Shown piece by piece: positions 1-12,807 of a stretch of DNA of 64,000 bases. The first letter of the stretch is position 1. Each line of letters opens with the position of its first letter. The position numbers and the translations under genes were made by a program. This DNA comes from Adineta vaga. Its lineage: Eukaryota; Animalia; Rotifera. The notes under the pieces are model-generated. The model was not told the DNA's origin. It worked only from the letters and a program-made list of their open reading frames with translations, and did no database searches. The DNA is taken from NCBI GenBank assembly GCA_021613535.1, contig CP075497.1:9920001-9984000 (forward strand). Direction: 5' to 3'.

Positions 1-1
1 G

Positions 2-301
2 AATAAAACTGAATTATCAGCTAAACAACGATCAATTACTGGATTATGTTCAATTAATAATGAATTTATATTTACAAGTGGTTTTGATAATGTTATTCGA
101 GTCCAATATCGAAATGATCATATGAAAACTGAAAATATGAGCGAAGACGATGAAAAAGAAAATGAAATTCTTGGACAATATCCTGTACCAGCACCAATTA
201 CTCAAATGCGTACATGGAAACAGAAGAATAATGATAGTTTTGGTGTTGTAGCCGGTGATACATTAGGAAATCTCTATTTAGTACAATGGTATTCATCGTA
301 A
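2..301 (+). CDS. TEP1: 3' end of a WD40-repeat protein, probably TEP1-like (telomerase/vault protein component 1); partial
   Basis: Frame 2 is open to TAA 299-301 and reads ...ITGLCSINNEFIFTSGFDNVIRVQ...LGQYPVPAPITQMRTW...VVAGDTLGNLYLVQWYSS*. It has WD-like repeats, and the terminal GDxxGNxYxxxW matches my recollection of the TEP1 C-terminus, although other NACHT-WD proteins end similarly. Confidence 0.55.
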   Translation, partial: NKTELSAKQRSITGLCSINNEFIFTSGFDNVIRVQYRNDHMKTENMSEDDEKENEILGQYPVPAPITQMRTWKQKNNDSFGVVAGDTLGNLYLVQWYSS

Positions 302-543
302 TTATGATCAAAACATTTCTTTCATATTTCATATTTGTAGTAAAATAAACAATTTAACCATTTTCACATGTTTTATCGATATATTTTCTCTTTTATACTG
401 AAATAAAACATATATATATATATACACTGTACTTTGCACTTGATGCTTATCTAAATTTTGAATACAAAAGCATAAATATTTTTTCGAATAACTTTTTTTG
501 CGCAGTATAAATAATTTCATGTCGTATCGATTGATTTTTTTCT

Positions 544-1279
544 ATGAAAACAAAATTTTCTTCTTCTAACAATGAATCTGAACAGAGGAGTTCATCATCA
601 TCAATACTTCCAACTATACAAAATCAAGATATTTTTGTATTAAAACAAGTTCCTAATCAACTGCATTCAGCTCAACAAGAAATCAATAATTTACGTTTGT
701 TAAATGTTTGTCTTCAATCAACATTAATTCGTGTTCAAACACAATTAATCGAATATTTACCAGAAAATACTCATGATGAAATCAAACGAAATAATATCAA
801 ACAAAAGTTAGCTCAACTACGTCGATCCGATGATCATATTCGACGAATTATTCCTACTCAACAAATTTCATTTTTCCGATTCTTCGATCAATTTTCCAAT
901 CCATCGAACACGAAATCATCCTACGTTAAACATATATCATTGACAAAAAATGAAAGACAAATCGATAATCTACATGAAATGTTCCATGAACTTCATACAA
1001 TCATTCATACAGAACATAATGATAGAATCTGTCAACTCTATATCACTTTAGCTCAAACATCTCAGTCAGTCATTCAAACACGTGATGGTAAATCAAATAT
1101 TTTTCTCGATAAAAAGAAGTAATCCGATATGAAGACATTTGTTTGATATAGTTTTGGATAAAACAATCTATGCTCATCGAAAGATAACAAAACGGAAAAT
1201 CAAACGAAAACTCTTCTTCCTATTTCTTATTATTATTTTTATTTCAATAATAATCTTTAGCATAATTTTATCTATTTGA
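544..1279 (+). CDS. Divergent syntaxin-like (Qa-SNARE-like) tail-anchored coiled-coil protein, 2 exons
   Basis: ORF from 544 plus GT-AG intron ~1088-1151 gives ERQIDNLHEMFHELHTII...TRDVLDKTIYAHRKITKRKIKRK-LFFLFLIIIFISIIIFSIILSI*. This is a SNARE-like heptad, a basic juxtamembrane stretch and a C-terminal TM helix. Confidence 0.6.
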
Positions 1280-1307
1280 AATACATTAAAATTCTATTGA
1301 ATTCTTT

Positions 1308-2277
1308 TCATTTCGATGGATTTTCATTAATTGAATAATATTGGCAATTAAACTAAGAAGAATAAGAATAATACCAGTAATTACAATAATCAATGCATCA
1401 GACATAATTATAAAATACGCGCGTTTGCTTTTTCGAAATTATCTCACTGTATACAATACACCTTTTCGAACGAATGTAATTCTTGTTGAAGGATAAGGAA
1501 ACACGGAGTTATCGTCTATCAACAAAATAAAAATATATGTTTAAAAATAGATGAAGATTTTTTGCAATGGAATATTTACATTTGACATTATGTAAAACAA
1601 GAAGCCATTTTTCTTTGGCATACGAGAGATAAAACTAAATAGATTGAATGAAAAAGATAAATAAATTTTAAGAAGACTTACACGATAACCAATTGGATAA
1701 CTAAAATGTCCACCGTATATGCGAACAAATTCTTCAGCTAAAATGGGTAAAGATGGTCGTCGAGATCGATGAAAATAGTTTAGAAAACGACGAAATAGAC
1801 TAGTTCTAAATATAGTTCATTATGAAAATAAAATTCGATCATAAAAACAATGTTGACTACTTTCGATGTAATGTCAACCAAATTTCAGAAATCCATGGAT
1901 GATACATCGTAGACTCATAAAATAAACTTTCACTATCTGATCCATCATGTAAATTCATAACTGTATGTTGATGATTAAATCTATCATCTGAAGATGAATG
2001 ATGAGTAAATAATATCTTTTAGGAATCGTGCTTACCATATGTTGAAGATTTCATTAGATCATATTTATCTGGATATGGTTCGAAACAATCGAAATATAGA
2101 TCTATGAAGAACAAGTTCGAATTTTATTATCAAATTAAAGAATAACTAAACCTTCATCATAATCAATTGGATCACCTTCTAAAAAAATTCAAAAATGATT
2201 CGATTTTCTTTATGAAAAAAGAGAAAATCATGATGCTAACCGCAGTTATTTTGTACCCATTGTTCTAATAAATCCAT
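1308..2277 (-). CDS. Uncharacterised multi-exon protein (~8 short exons)
   Basis: Exons join across GT-AG introns: MDLLEQWVQNNC / EGDPIDYDE / DLYFDCFEPYPDKYDLMKSSTY / DDRFNHQH...WISEIWLTLHR / LFRRFLNYFHRSRRPSLPILAEEFVRIYGGHFSYPIGY / FYLSYAKEKWLLVLHNVK / DDNSVFPYPSTRITFVRKGVLYT / FNCQYYSINENPSK*. No family recognised. Confidence 0.6.
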
Positions 2278-2547
2278 AAAATAATTAACTTCACGATTTT
2301 GATGGTTTATTTCAGGAATTTGAGAGAGAGAATTAAGATCAGGATACATTTTCAACTCATCATCTTGTTCAATAATGGTAAAATGAATCTCTTCATGCTT
2401 ATGTAGTATTAGACGACATTATCAGTTTCACGTGCATATAATGTAAATCATATACTCTTTCAAATAAACATTTATGTTTTTCTTTCATCGATAAAAAAAG
2501 AGGAATGTTGAGTTCATCTACATCTATACACACACACACTGTTTATT

Positions 2548-3964
2548 TCATTCAAATTCAACTTTTTCAACAGATAAATCGATCAATTTCGAAAGGATAG
2601 CTTCTTCTCCTTCTTCTTCATCTTCCTCTTCATCATCATCTATCAATAGTACGGCATTTGTATCGGTGTCTACCAATGAATCAACTGTTTCTAATCTATT
2701 TAATTTCTTATTACTAATTGAATAAGATCCACTGAATGATGCTTTTCGGGGTAAATGTTCACGATGAGTGGTTTTCGGAAAATTTTTCGGATACAAATAT
2801 GGTGAATTAACCGGTGTTACTGGACTGTTACTTTCTGTTTCTTCTTCTTCATAATTCCAAAATGGTTGTGCATCAATTAATAGTACTTCATTAAATTTTT
2901 CAAAATCAAATCCACTTAAAGTGGAATTACATGATGAAAATGTATAACCCCAGAGAAGTTCATTCGGTAAATATGATGTTCGAAAATGACAAGAAAATCC
3001 TGTATAATCAAAACTACCTTCGATAATAGCAATCAATTCAAAATGATCATTTGTTAATGTTGAACGTTGAATACCATAGAGTGGACTTTGAGGATTAATG
3101 ATATGTTCAACAACATTTGGTCGAGGAAAGAATAATTGACCATTACGAAGATGTGTTATTTCCATATCATAGAGATGATGAGGAATAACTTCACCTTCCT
3201 TTGTTTTTCGTCGACGAATCATTAATAAACGTACACTAGCAAATATTAATTGTGAAGGTGATAGATTACCTATTCGAAAAGTCAAAGCTAAATGATTATT
3301 TCGTGGTGCAATCAATGCATTATCACTAAAGACAACAAATTGTGATTTTTCTAGAATATTTTAACACAATTATATCATTTTATTGAAGTTTAGTTTTACC
3401 TGTTGGTCTTGACAATTTCGTAAAAACAACTTGTGTAACAATTACATGTAATAAATATCCTAATGATGATTGTAAAGTTAATACAAGTATTCCACCCATA
3501 CATTCTGTTGTAATATATCGTGAACCATAACCAATAGTATGTTGAGTTTCAATTGAAAAAAGTAATGCACTTAAAAAATTATGTACATCTTGAACACATT
3601 TTTCTTGTTCTTTTGAAAATGGTTGTGTAGAATTTGTTTGATTATGAAATAGTTGATCATCTTCACTTATATCAAAATCTCCATGTTCAATTGAAACAAG
3701 AAAATAAAGAAATGCAAAGAAAAACCAACTGATTATAAATCCAAATAAAACTAATGTTAATACTAACCACCATTCAGCTTGCATAATAAATAAAATCAAA
3801 TTTGAATGCATACTTTTGACTTGACCAAGAGATGAATATGAAACATTAATATGTCCATTTTTTCCAACGAAACGAAATCCATCATTTGATGGCCAATCAA
3901 GACCATCATCTTTCGTATTACTTACACCATGATATTTTGTTTTAGGATGATCAATTGTATTCAT
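2548..3964 (-). CDS. Inward-rectifier potassium channel (Kir/KCNJ/Irk family), 2 exons
   Basis: RFVGKNGHINV N-terminal motif, two TM helices, pore FSIETQHTIGYGSRYITTEC, cytoplasmic VEHIINPQSPLY and RTSYLPNELLWG; one intron ~3351-3399. Confidence 0.95.
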
Positions 3965-4761
3965 TCTTTCTCATAGATTTCAACTCCTCTTATTCAATAC
4001 TATATTGAGTTAGAAAGTATAAAAAAAAACAAATGAATCGTCGCCTGTGAATATGCAATTTGTATATCTATTCGTTTAAGATACTATCATACATTTACCT
4101 TGCTTACTTATATACACTTGTATATACACCCATAAATTTATCTGTTCTGTTTTATCCTACAGTCGGTTTTTCATTCATACTTCACATATGTATGATGAAA
4201 AAAAAAACCTGATCATATACTAGTATCCGTTCGACCTTCTGTTCATTGTAGGTATCAGATGACTGATCGTTTATTTAATAAAAGCTTTTCTTTTTATCAA
4301 TTAAAATGACGAATAAAGTCACTGATATTCTATTTTTTTCAAACTGAAAATAATATTTGTTCGACAATGTAGTTTCATATAATACTGCCATCTGTCATCG
4401 TAGAAGATCTTTGATGGATGTATTGGACCAATCGATAAGAAAATAAATAAAAGTCATATAATCCAACTGGCCTACTATTTCCTTCAATCAAGGCCATCTA
4501 CTTCAATCCTCCAATAAAAATGATTGATAAGAAAAGGAATCAATCAAAATGAGGGTACATAAAGATACACATAAAGTTTACAATGGAGTTAGCACATGTA
4601 AAGAGATATATTCTGTCACTTCAAGAAACAAACAAGTATTTTTATTTTTCAATTTTGTTTCTTTTAAGATCTAATAGAAAAATTATATATTTTTGTTCTT
4701 GTTTATCATCAACCAAATAATTTGATATGTTCTATTGATATCTAACGACAAAAAGAAGATC

Positions 4762-5889
4762 ATGTCGCCAAATAATCGTTTTTTATCACGTTTTTTTTCA
4801 CGTTCATCTCCTTCTAATATTGATCATCAACGATCTCATCAACTTGTAAATACCGACGATGAAATAAATGTCGACGAACAATCAACATCTGATGAACAAA
4901 ATCTCGTTTCTCAACCAATATCAACACGAATTCGTTCATCAACACCCTCAATTATTAAACGATACGAACGAAATTATGCATCAGCATCATGTAGTATGTT
5001 TGCTATTGCAGCACTAGCTGTTAGCTTATCTGATTATCGATGGTTCTGGTTAAATGGTGGTCTATGCAATTCAAAATATATTGGTTTAAGCATGTTTTTT
5101 GCTGTTGGAAAATTATTTGTTGTACGAGTACCTGTACCATGGGATCCATCAGCGCCAATCAATGAAATTTATCAATTTAAACCAAATGATTATATGGGTA
5201 TGTTGTTTTCTTCGTCTTATAAAAATGAAATAATTATCTTTTCTTTTCCCAATAGAATTAACTGGTTGTGTAGATACACGTTCAATATTGATCCTTCGTT
5301 TAATAATTACATTAATTTGTTTAGCGATATTTTCTTCTACTATCGGTTTTCTATTAGATGCTCTGGGACCAATGAAGTATGGTTTGAAATTTATGAGACG
5401 TCATGCTTTTTGGCATATTCTTTCAGGTAAATAAAATTGTTGAATTATTTCTTTTATGAAAGCTTTATTTTTTTCTTTTTGTTTAGTTTCTCTTTGTACA
5501 GTAGTGTCTGGGTTATGTTTCTGGGCATCAGAATTGATCTATGATATTCAAGATAAAAATCGCTCAAAAATAGGAAAAAAAGTTGAAGTTCAATTTGATG
5601 TTGCTTATTATCTAGTTGTGATTTCAAGTGGCCTTTCACTATTAGCAGCTGCTTTTGCACTTTTAAGACGATATCCAACCGCTGAAGAAGAACATTTAGA
5701 TAGGTAATTTATTTTCTTTAATGAGTACTCTTATTTCGCATTCCATATTAATTTAGATTAATGGATGATTGGTCACGACGTGAAGAACCGTTATTTATTG
5801 AACGGGCATTACCGGCAACCATATCAACTATCCCGACTAATAATGAACCACCACCTGAATATTCCGAACAGAATGTTATTGTAGTATGA
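4762..5889 (+). CDS. TMEM127: Transmembrane protein 127 homolog, 4 exons
   Basis: ERNYASA...ALAVSLSDYRWFWLNGGLC N-terminal motif; further TM segments (SGLCFWASELI, VQFDVAYYLV); C-terminal PPPEY (PY motif) before TGA 5887-5889. Confidence 0.85.
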
Positions 5890-6277
5890 ACAAGTATTTT
5901 TTTTCAGAATCTCTTCTACAAAACAGTGATTTCTATCTACAATAACTTTTCTCATACTTTTCTATTTGTAAAATATAATTTGAGACTGCTTTTTCTTTTC
6001 TGTCTACTACTTCTCTTCGCTTTTCTCTCATTCTCTCTCTTTTTGTTCGCTGTAATTACTTTCCTACTTACACATCATAGTTAATGGGAATAAATAAAAC
6101 AAATCAGTTGAAGATATGTTATCATAATTCTATAATCATAGAACTAACAATACCATGTCTTTTTCTTCTTCTGTAGATGATGACAATATCTTATCCAAGT
6201 ATTAAGGTCATGTCTTAAATCTAATACCTTGACGACGAATATATTATACATCAAGTGCCTATGTGTCACTACTCATC

Positions 6278-8306
6278 ATGGTTCTTTCTGAAAAACAAAA
6301 AAATGAACTGTAAGTATTGATTTTCATTTTTAGTCGTTAAATTCATTTTCTCATTCTCGACTTGTTTATTTAGTAATCAAGCTATAGCTGAATATCTAAC
6401 AACAAATGGATATACAATATCCTTCAAAGAATTTTGTAGAGAAGCAAATCTTGTATGAAAAAACTATTGTATATGTAAGAAAAAGTTTGTTGAATGATTC
6501 TTTTTTAGCCGTCAAATGAAAGTGCGGAAAGAAAAGATCAATTGGAGAAGAAATGGACTTCAGTCATACGACTACAGAAAAAAGCAAGAATAAATATATC
6601 AATAGGTATAAATGATTATTTGTTGTTGTTGTTGTTGTTAGGTCATGGATCTTGAAACCAAATTACAAGAAGCTCTTCAAGAAGCAACAACTGGTGGACC
6701 CACTCGAGAGAAACGTCAACCTGGAGAATGGGTTCCACGTCCTCCTGAAAAATTTGAATTAAAAGGTCATCGTGATACGGTGACACGTGTTGTCTTTCAT
6801 CCAACTTTCGATGTTATTGCATCAGCGAGTGAAGATGCAACAATTAAAGTAATAAACAGTTCAATAACATTATTATTTATGATGTAATTGAACTTTTTTT
6901 CTTCTTCTTATAGATATGGGATTATGAATCAGGTGAATATGAACGAACGTTAAAAGGTCATACAGCACCGGTGCAAGATATTGCCTTTGATCATACAGGC
7001 AAATGGCTTGGTACGAAACTTTGTTTTTTATTCGACAAAAATCAATTATTGGATGATTTCTTGTTTAGTATCATGTTCTGCCGACATGAGTGTTCGTCTG
7101 TGGGATTTTCAAACTTATCAATGTGTAAAAACAATGCATGGTAATAAAGAATTGAGTTTTGTGTTAGAAATAGTCTTATATTGTGCTACAGGTCATGATC
7201 ACAATGTTTCTTCGGTAACATTTACTCCAAGTGGTGATCATATTATTTCATGCAGTCGAGATAAAACGATTAAAATATGGGAAGTTTCAACAACGTAAGT
7301 TGCATATCTCAAAACAATTCTACGAAGTGATTATTCATTTGAGAGACTAATTTAATAGTTAATCCTCTTTAACAGATAAGTATACGATATTCTATCGATT
7401 CATACTTTCATAATAGAAAATTATTGATTGAAAATGATCATGTCACGCAGGACACATGTTGATGTGCTCTAATCTATGGTCAATATGACACTGATAATAA
7501 TAATTATTATTCTTTCGTATAGATTTTGTGTAAAATCTCTTGTTGGTCATCGAGAATGGGTGCGTATGATACGTGTTTATCAAGATAGTACATTACTAGC
7601 CAGTTGCTCAGTCGATCATGTATGTCAATTGAATTATTCCTAAAAAAATGAATGATGATTGTATCTGTATTAGACTGTACGAATTTGGTCGTTACCAAGT
7701 GGGGAATGCAAGAGTGAATTACGCGGTCATGACAATGTAATTGAATGTATTGCTTGGGCACCAGATTCAGCTGGACCACACATATCTGAATCAGTTTCCA
7801 ATGGTGGATCTGAGGTATAGATTATTATTCTTTTTCTTTGATAAACAAATGAATGATATTGTTTTTATTAGATACAAAAACGATCCGGTCCTTATCTTGT
7901 ATCCGGTGCACGTGATAAGACAATCCGAATGTGGGATGCAGTTAATGGTCTTTGCTTATTTATATTAGTAAATATTTGATATGAATCGAAAAATTTCATT
8001 AATATTCTTTATTTGTATTTAGACGGGCCATGATAATTGGGTTCGTGGCCTTCTCTTTCATCCAGGTGGCAAATATCTTTTGAGTTGTTCTGATGATAAA
8101 TCATTACGCGTATGGGATATCAAAAATAAACGAAATACTAAAACCATCGATGCTCATACTCATTTTTGTACTTCACTTGGTAAGAAAAACTGATTCTATC
8201 GATTATTATATTTATTTTCTCTCTGAATTTAGATATGCATCGAAATAAACCTTTCGTGATTACAGGTAGTGTTGATACATCAGTTAAAGTTTGGGAATGT
8301 CGTTAA
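6278..8306 (+). CDS. PAFAH1B1: Lissencephaly-1 (LIS1) dynein regulator: LisH, coiled coil and WD40 repeats
   Basis: [72 protein letters not shown]-terminus [14 protein letters not shown]. Confidence 0.97.
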
Positions 8307-9398
8307 AATCCTTTTATTCTCTCTGGTCAACATCAACAATAAAAGAAAAAAGACTTGCCAATCGTTGTCCCTCTCGTTCCAACTTTCATCCCAATCAATT
8401 TATATTCCTATATTTGTGTGATGAAAATGTCTTCTATTATTTATTTTCTTGTTCTTTCATAAATGTATATGCTATTAATGCAATATCTTTTTTCTTTAGT
8501 CACACATACGCATATATAAATCTTTCTCATTATTTATATATATATATACATTAAAATTCCCGAGAGAACTAAAAGAAAATCTAGTTAATTATTAGAAGAC
8601 ATAAGTAGCACAAAACTCTTTCTGATGTATGAGCGAACAAAAAAAACCTAAAGAAACCTGCACACAAAAATGCATTTTGTTTGTTTTTTCCTATCTTTCT
8701 TTTTCTCTATTTTTTTGAAAAAAAACGACATATGAGCGAGACTAGAAAGAATAAAAAGCATATGTGAATGGATTACTTTGTTTACTTTTCTTCCCGCGTT
8801 GCTTGTGTATGTCTGTTGATTTTACTTGTGTGTGCATTGTTGATTTAGACTCGTGCTCTCTCTTTCTTTCTTTCTTTTTTCTTTGTGTGCGTTGGTTGGT
8901 TATCTTTCTTTCGTTTTTTTCTCTATTCACTTCTTTTTCGCTCAAATACAGTACAGAAGTTTGAAAACAAACTATGAACACTGACTAGATTAAAATTATA
9001 AATGAGATTAATCGTTGTGTATAAGTTAAATTCAGATTCGCCGAATATTTACCATAGAAGTAACATGAATACGAACAATTTTGAGTTTTTCAAGGATAAT
9101 GTAAACACAGTTTTCTATAGGATATTCACAACTAGCATGTAGAAAATTCTTGTTGATAATGTACCTTACTGTTCGTATCTATATGGTATGTGTCCATTTT
9201 AAGCAGCGTAGTTTGTGACTAACCATTGATTAGATGATCGAAATGAGAAAGACACAAGATTGAAAATATGGATATAAGTTCATGATCTGTTTGTTCATCA
9301 CCATCAATAGTTGGTGCTTATTTCAGACGAATTCTGGTACCAATCAGTATATAGTGTATATCTAAAAAATATGTCAATCACAGATAAATAGATAAGTT

Positions 9399-12300
9399 TC
9401 ATTTCGAAGAATTAAAAAAAGGAAATATTGATAGAATAGATCTTTCTTTTCGCAAAACTTCAACAATATCTTTAAAAGCAGGTCGATCTTTGGGATTAAA
9501 TGACCAAGATTCAGTCATAATTTGATACATATTTGCCGGACATTTATCGGGTCGTTTCAAACGTTCACCTAAATGAATTTCATAAAATAAATTTAAATTC
9601 AAAAACAAAAATAAACTTACCTCGTTTCACCGCATCACTAACTAAATGATTATGGGCAATATGTGCATAAGGCAAAGTAGCTTTACTAAAGATTTCCCAT
9701 GCTGTTATACCATATGACCACACATCAGCTTTTGTTGTATATGGTCCTACGAAACATGTATTGATGATATGATTAATGGAAAAAGCATCTTTCTGACCTC
9801 GAGATAAAACTTCTACTGCCCACCAACGTACAGGAAATTCTTTTCTTTGAGTAAAATATTCTTCATCATCTTGAAGACAACGTGATAAACCAAAATCAGC
9901 TACTTTAACTCGTCCATTTTTATCAACTAAACAATTTCGAGCAGCTAAATCTCTAATAAATTCATTCAATAGTATATATATATATATACATAACATTTTT
10001 CAAAATAATATACCGATGAATAACATTATAACTTTCAAGGTATGCCATTCCTTTAGCTATTTCATAGCACATTTGCGTTAATTGCGGGGGACGTAATTCA
10101 TTTTTTTTCAAATAATTACTTAAACTTCCTTCTGAAAAAAAATGAGAAACAAAATCGAATAGATTTTCTTAGATTCAATCGTACGTTCAACAAGTTCCAT
10201 AACAATCATCATTGGTTCACGATATGCAGCAATACCAATAAAATTAACAATTCGTTTATGTTTATAACGTTTCAACACAAGTGCTTCATTGACGAAACTT
10301 TCTCGATCAATTGGACTTAATACATTCGTTTCTGATCGAAGTACTTTAACAGCAACAGGCAATTTTCGATATTCACCACGAGTTACGTCACCAAAATGAC
10401 CCTTAACAAATATAATACATGCATAGATAAAAATCTGCGTAAATTAGAGTTCTATCGAAATAAATTGAATATTTGATCAATCAAAAGTGCTTCCTATAGT
10501 CAATACAACGATGTGCGATCAGTGAAACTAATCGATTAAATATATTCTTACTATATGACTTACAGAGCCTATATTTTCAAAAAGTGTGATTTCATCATTA
10601 TGGATAACATAATTCGGTTTTTCTATTGGTCGTACGAGACGTGTTCCATCATCACGTAATTCCAATCTTTGACGTGTATAATAGACAATTAATTTCGGAA
10701 CTGATGATTTGCCAATACCATTCATTTGAAAATAGTACATCTGATAGAAAGCATAAATAAATAAATAAATAAATAAATGAATGAATGAAAATAAAAACAT
10801 CGGTATATTTTTCTTCTTACACTATCTTTTTCATGAATAAAAAAGTGACCATCCTTCAATTTACTTTGATCTTTTGGATCAGTCCATAAAATTGATAATA
10901 CGATTTTACCTTGATCGTTAAGTCGAATTAAATAATCTCCTTTTTCGACGAGAAGGTCAACACTTTGAACACGTGGCATAAGTCCGTGAAAATATGCTTG
11001 ATCTTCCAATCGATCAGACAACTAAATGAAAAAGAAAACAATAATCTTCTTATTTTGTTGTAGAATTCATTCTTAAATCTTACAGCCATAAGTAATTCTT
11101 GATGAAGTAGTGTATCATCACTATCCGGTGAATCATCGAATGTTTCTTGTAAATCATTTTTTAAATTTTCCATCCAGATTATTTTCATTCTTAGATTGTC
11201 AGCCTGTTGTTCTTGTTCGAAGTAACTCTTTCGACCTTGATAAGTCCTAAAAATGAACATGTTTTATTTACATAAGTATAGTTGATATTACAAACGTTTC
11301 TTTATCTCTAATTTGATCTATGACTTGAAGGATAGCAGATAATTCCATATTCGCTCTATTTACTTCATCTGTTAACGTTCGAACTCTAAATATAAATCAT
11401 TAGATTGGTCAACAAATAGAAAGAAAGTTTTTGATTTTCTACTTTTGTCTCAATACATTGATTACTGAATCACTTGTTGTATCATCAACAAAAATTCTGT
11501 CTACTTCAAGATTCGATAAGCCAGATGTTTGCAATAATAATTCATTGAATACGATGGGTTTTGTTGTGAGCAATGGTATGCTATGTTATATAAATCAATT
11601 TTACAGAAATATTCGAAACATGACTGTACAAACTTTGAATGTATTTTACATAATTCATCATAACAATGACGAGGATCAATTGAATAAAGTTGCTGTAGAT
11701 TTTCATTACTCGTTAATGAATTATGAACATTGTCATTCTTGTAGTTTGCAATAAATTCCAATACAGATTGCCTACATTTTCAAGATATGTTGGAAATGGA
11801 TATAAGTATTTTAAACTTACCATTGCCGATTAAGAATCAATTGAACTTCTTCATAATAAACCAATAAATTATGTACTTTACGAACGTGTTGTTCATCAAT
11901 TGAATTATATTCTCGAACTGTAAAAACGTATTCATTATGAGCACGATAGACATTATCTGCTTTTCAATAACTAGACGTGTTAAACTAACAATTCTATTAT
12001 CATTTCGAGCAGCTAAATAAAAAAAAATAAATACTTAAATTCATAGAGAATCTGATTAAGGGTGAATTGATGTTCTATTTCCTAGTAACAAAAACTCTTA
12101 CCCTCACTAATTTTGCTTAATTCACTATTCTTGGCTACGAATAATTTAGCTTCATTTAAATAACGTTTTTCAGCTTCACCCACATCTATTTGAGCCTAAA
12201 AAGATCGTAGTTAAATTATAATGTTGAAATAAATAGTTTATTTGCATATCAATTAAGAAAATAAGAAGATTTGCGAAACAATTCTTTACCTTTCGATGTT

Positions 12301-12807
12301 CATTTTCATATTGACGTTTTTGATCTTCAAAAAATCTTTTCATTTCAGATTTATTTTCAAGAAGACTTTTTATTAAATCATCCAGTACGGTACGTCGAAA
12401 TTGATCAGCATTTGAATCGATGATTGTTGCTCGATGAGACCATTGCATTAGAAGTTCATGACATGCCTTTGAATGTGACAAAATTAAAATTTAATTATCG
12501 AAATATTACAATCTTTTGAATTTACAGTTGCAATTGAATTTGTTTCCGTTGGCCATGTAATTCGATCAGCTTTTGCTGTTAATTCTTGCAGATTTTTTGC
12601 ATAGAGTTTATCTAAATTAAGTCTTTCTTCGAGAATCTTTTTGGTATCTTGAAGAAGTTTATATTCGTCATTGATAACTGTGCTTAATAATTGACAACCT
12701 TCATCACTCGAGAAAATTGTCGATAATTGTTGAGAAGTATTATTAGATGAATTAGGTAACAATGAATTTCGATGATTTTGAGCTGTTCGTGGTCTTTGTA
12801 CATTCAT
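9399..12807 (-). CDS. FER: FER/FES-family non-receptor tyrosine kinase (F-BAR, SH2, kinase), multi-exon
   Basis: FCH-like N-terminus (LEERLNLDKLYAKNLQEL), SH2 (YFHGLMPR...GDYLIR), kinase motifs GSGHFGDV, VAVK, HRDLAARN, DFGLSR, DVWSYGI. The exact last exon is uncertain. Confidence 0.88.

Noticed and set aside
1340-1445. Apparent stop-codon readthrough into a hydrophobic tail on the minus strand
   Set aside because: Better explained by a GTGAGA...TTCTTAG intron.
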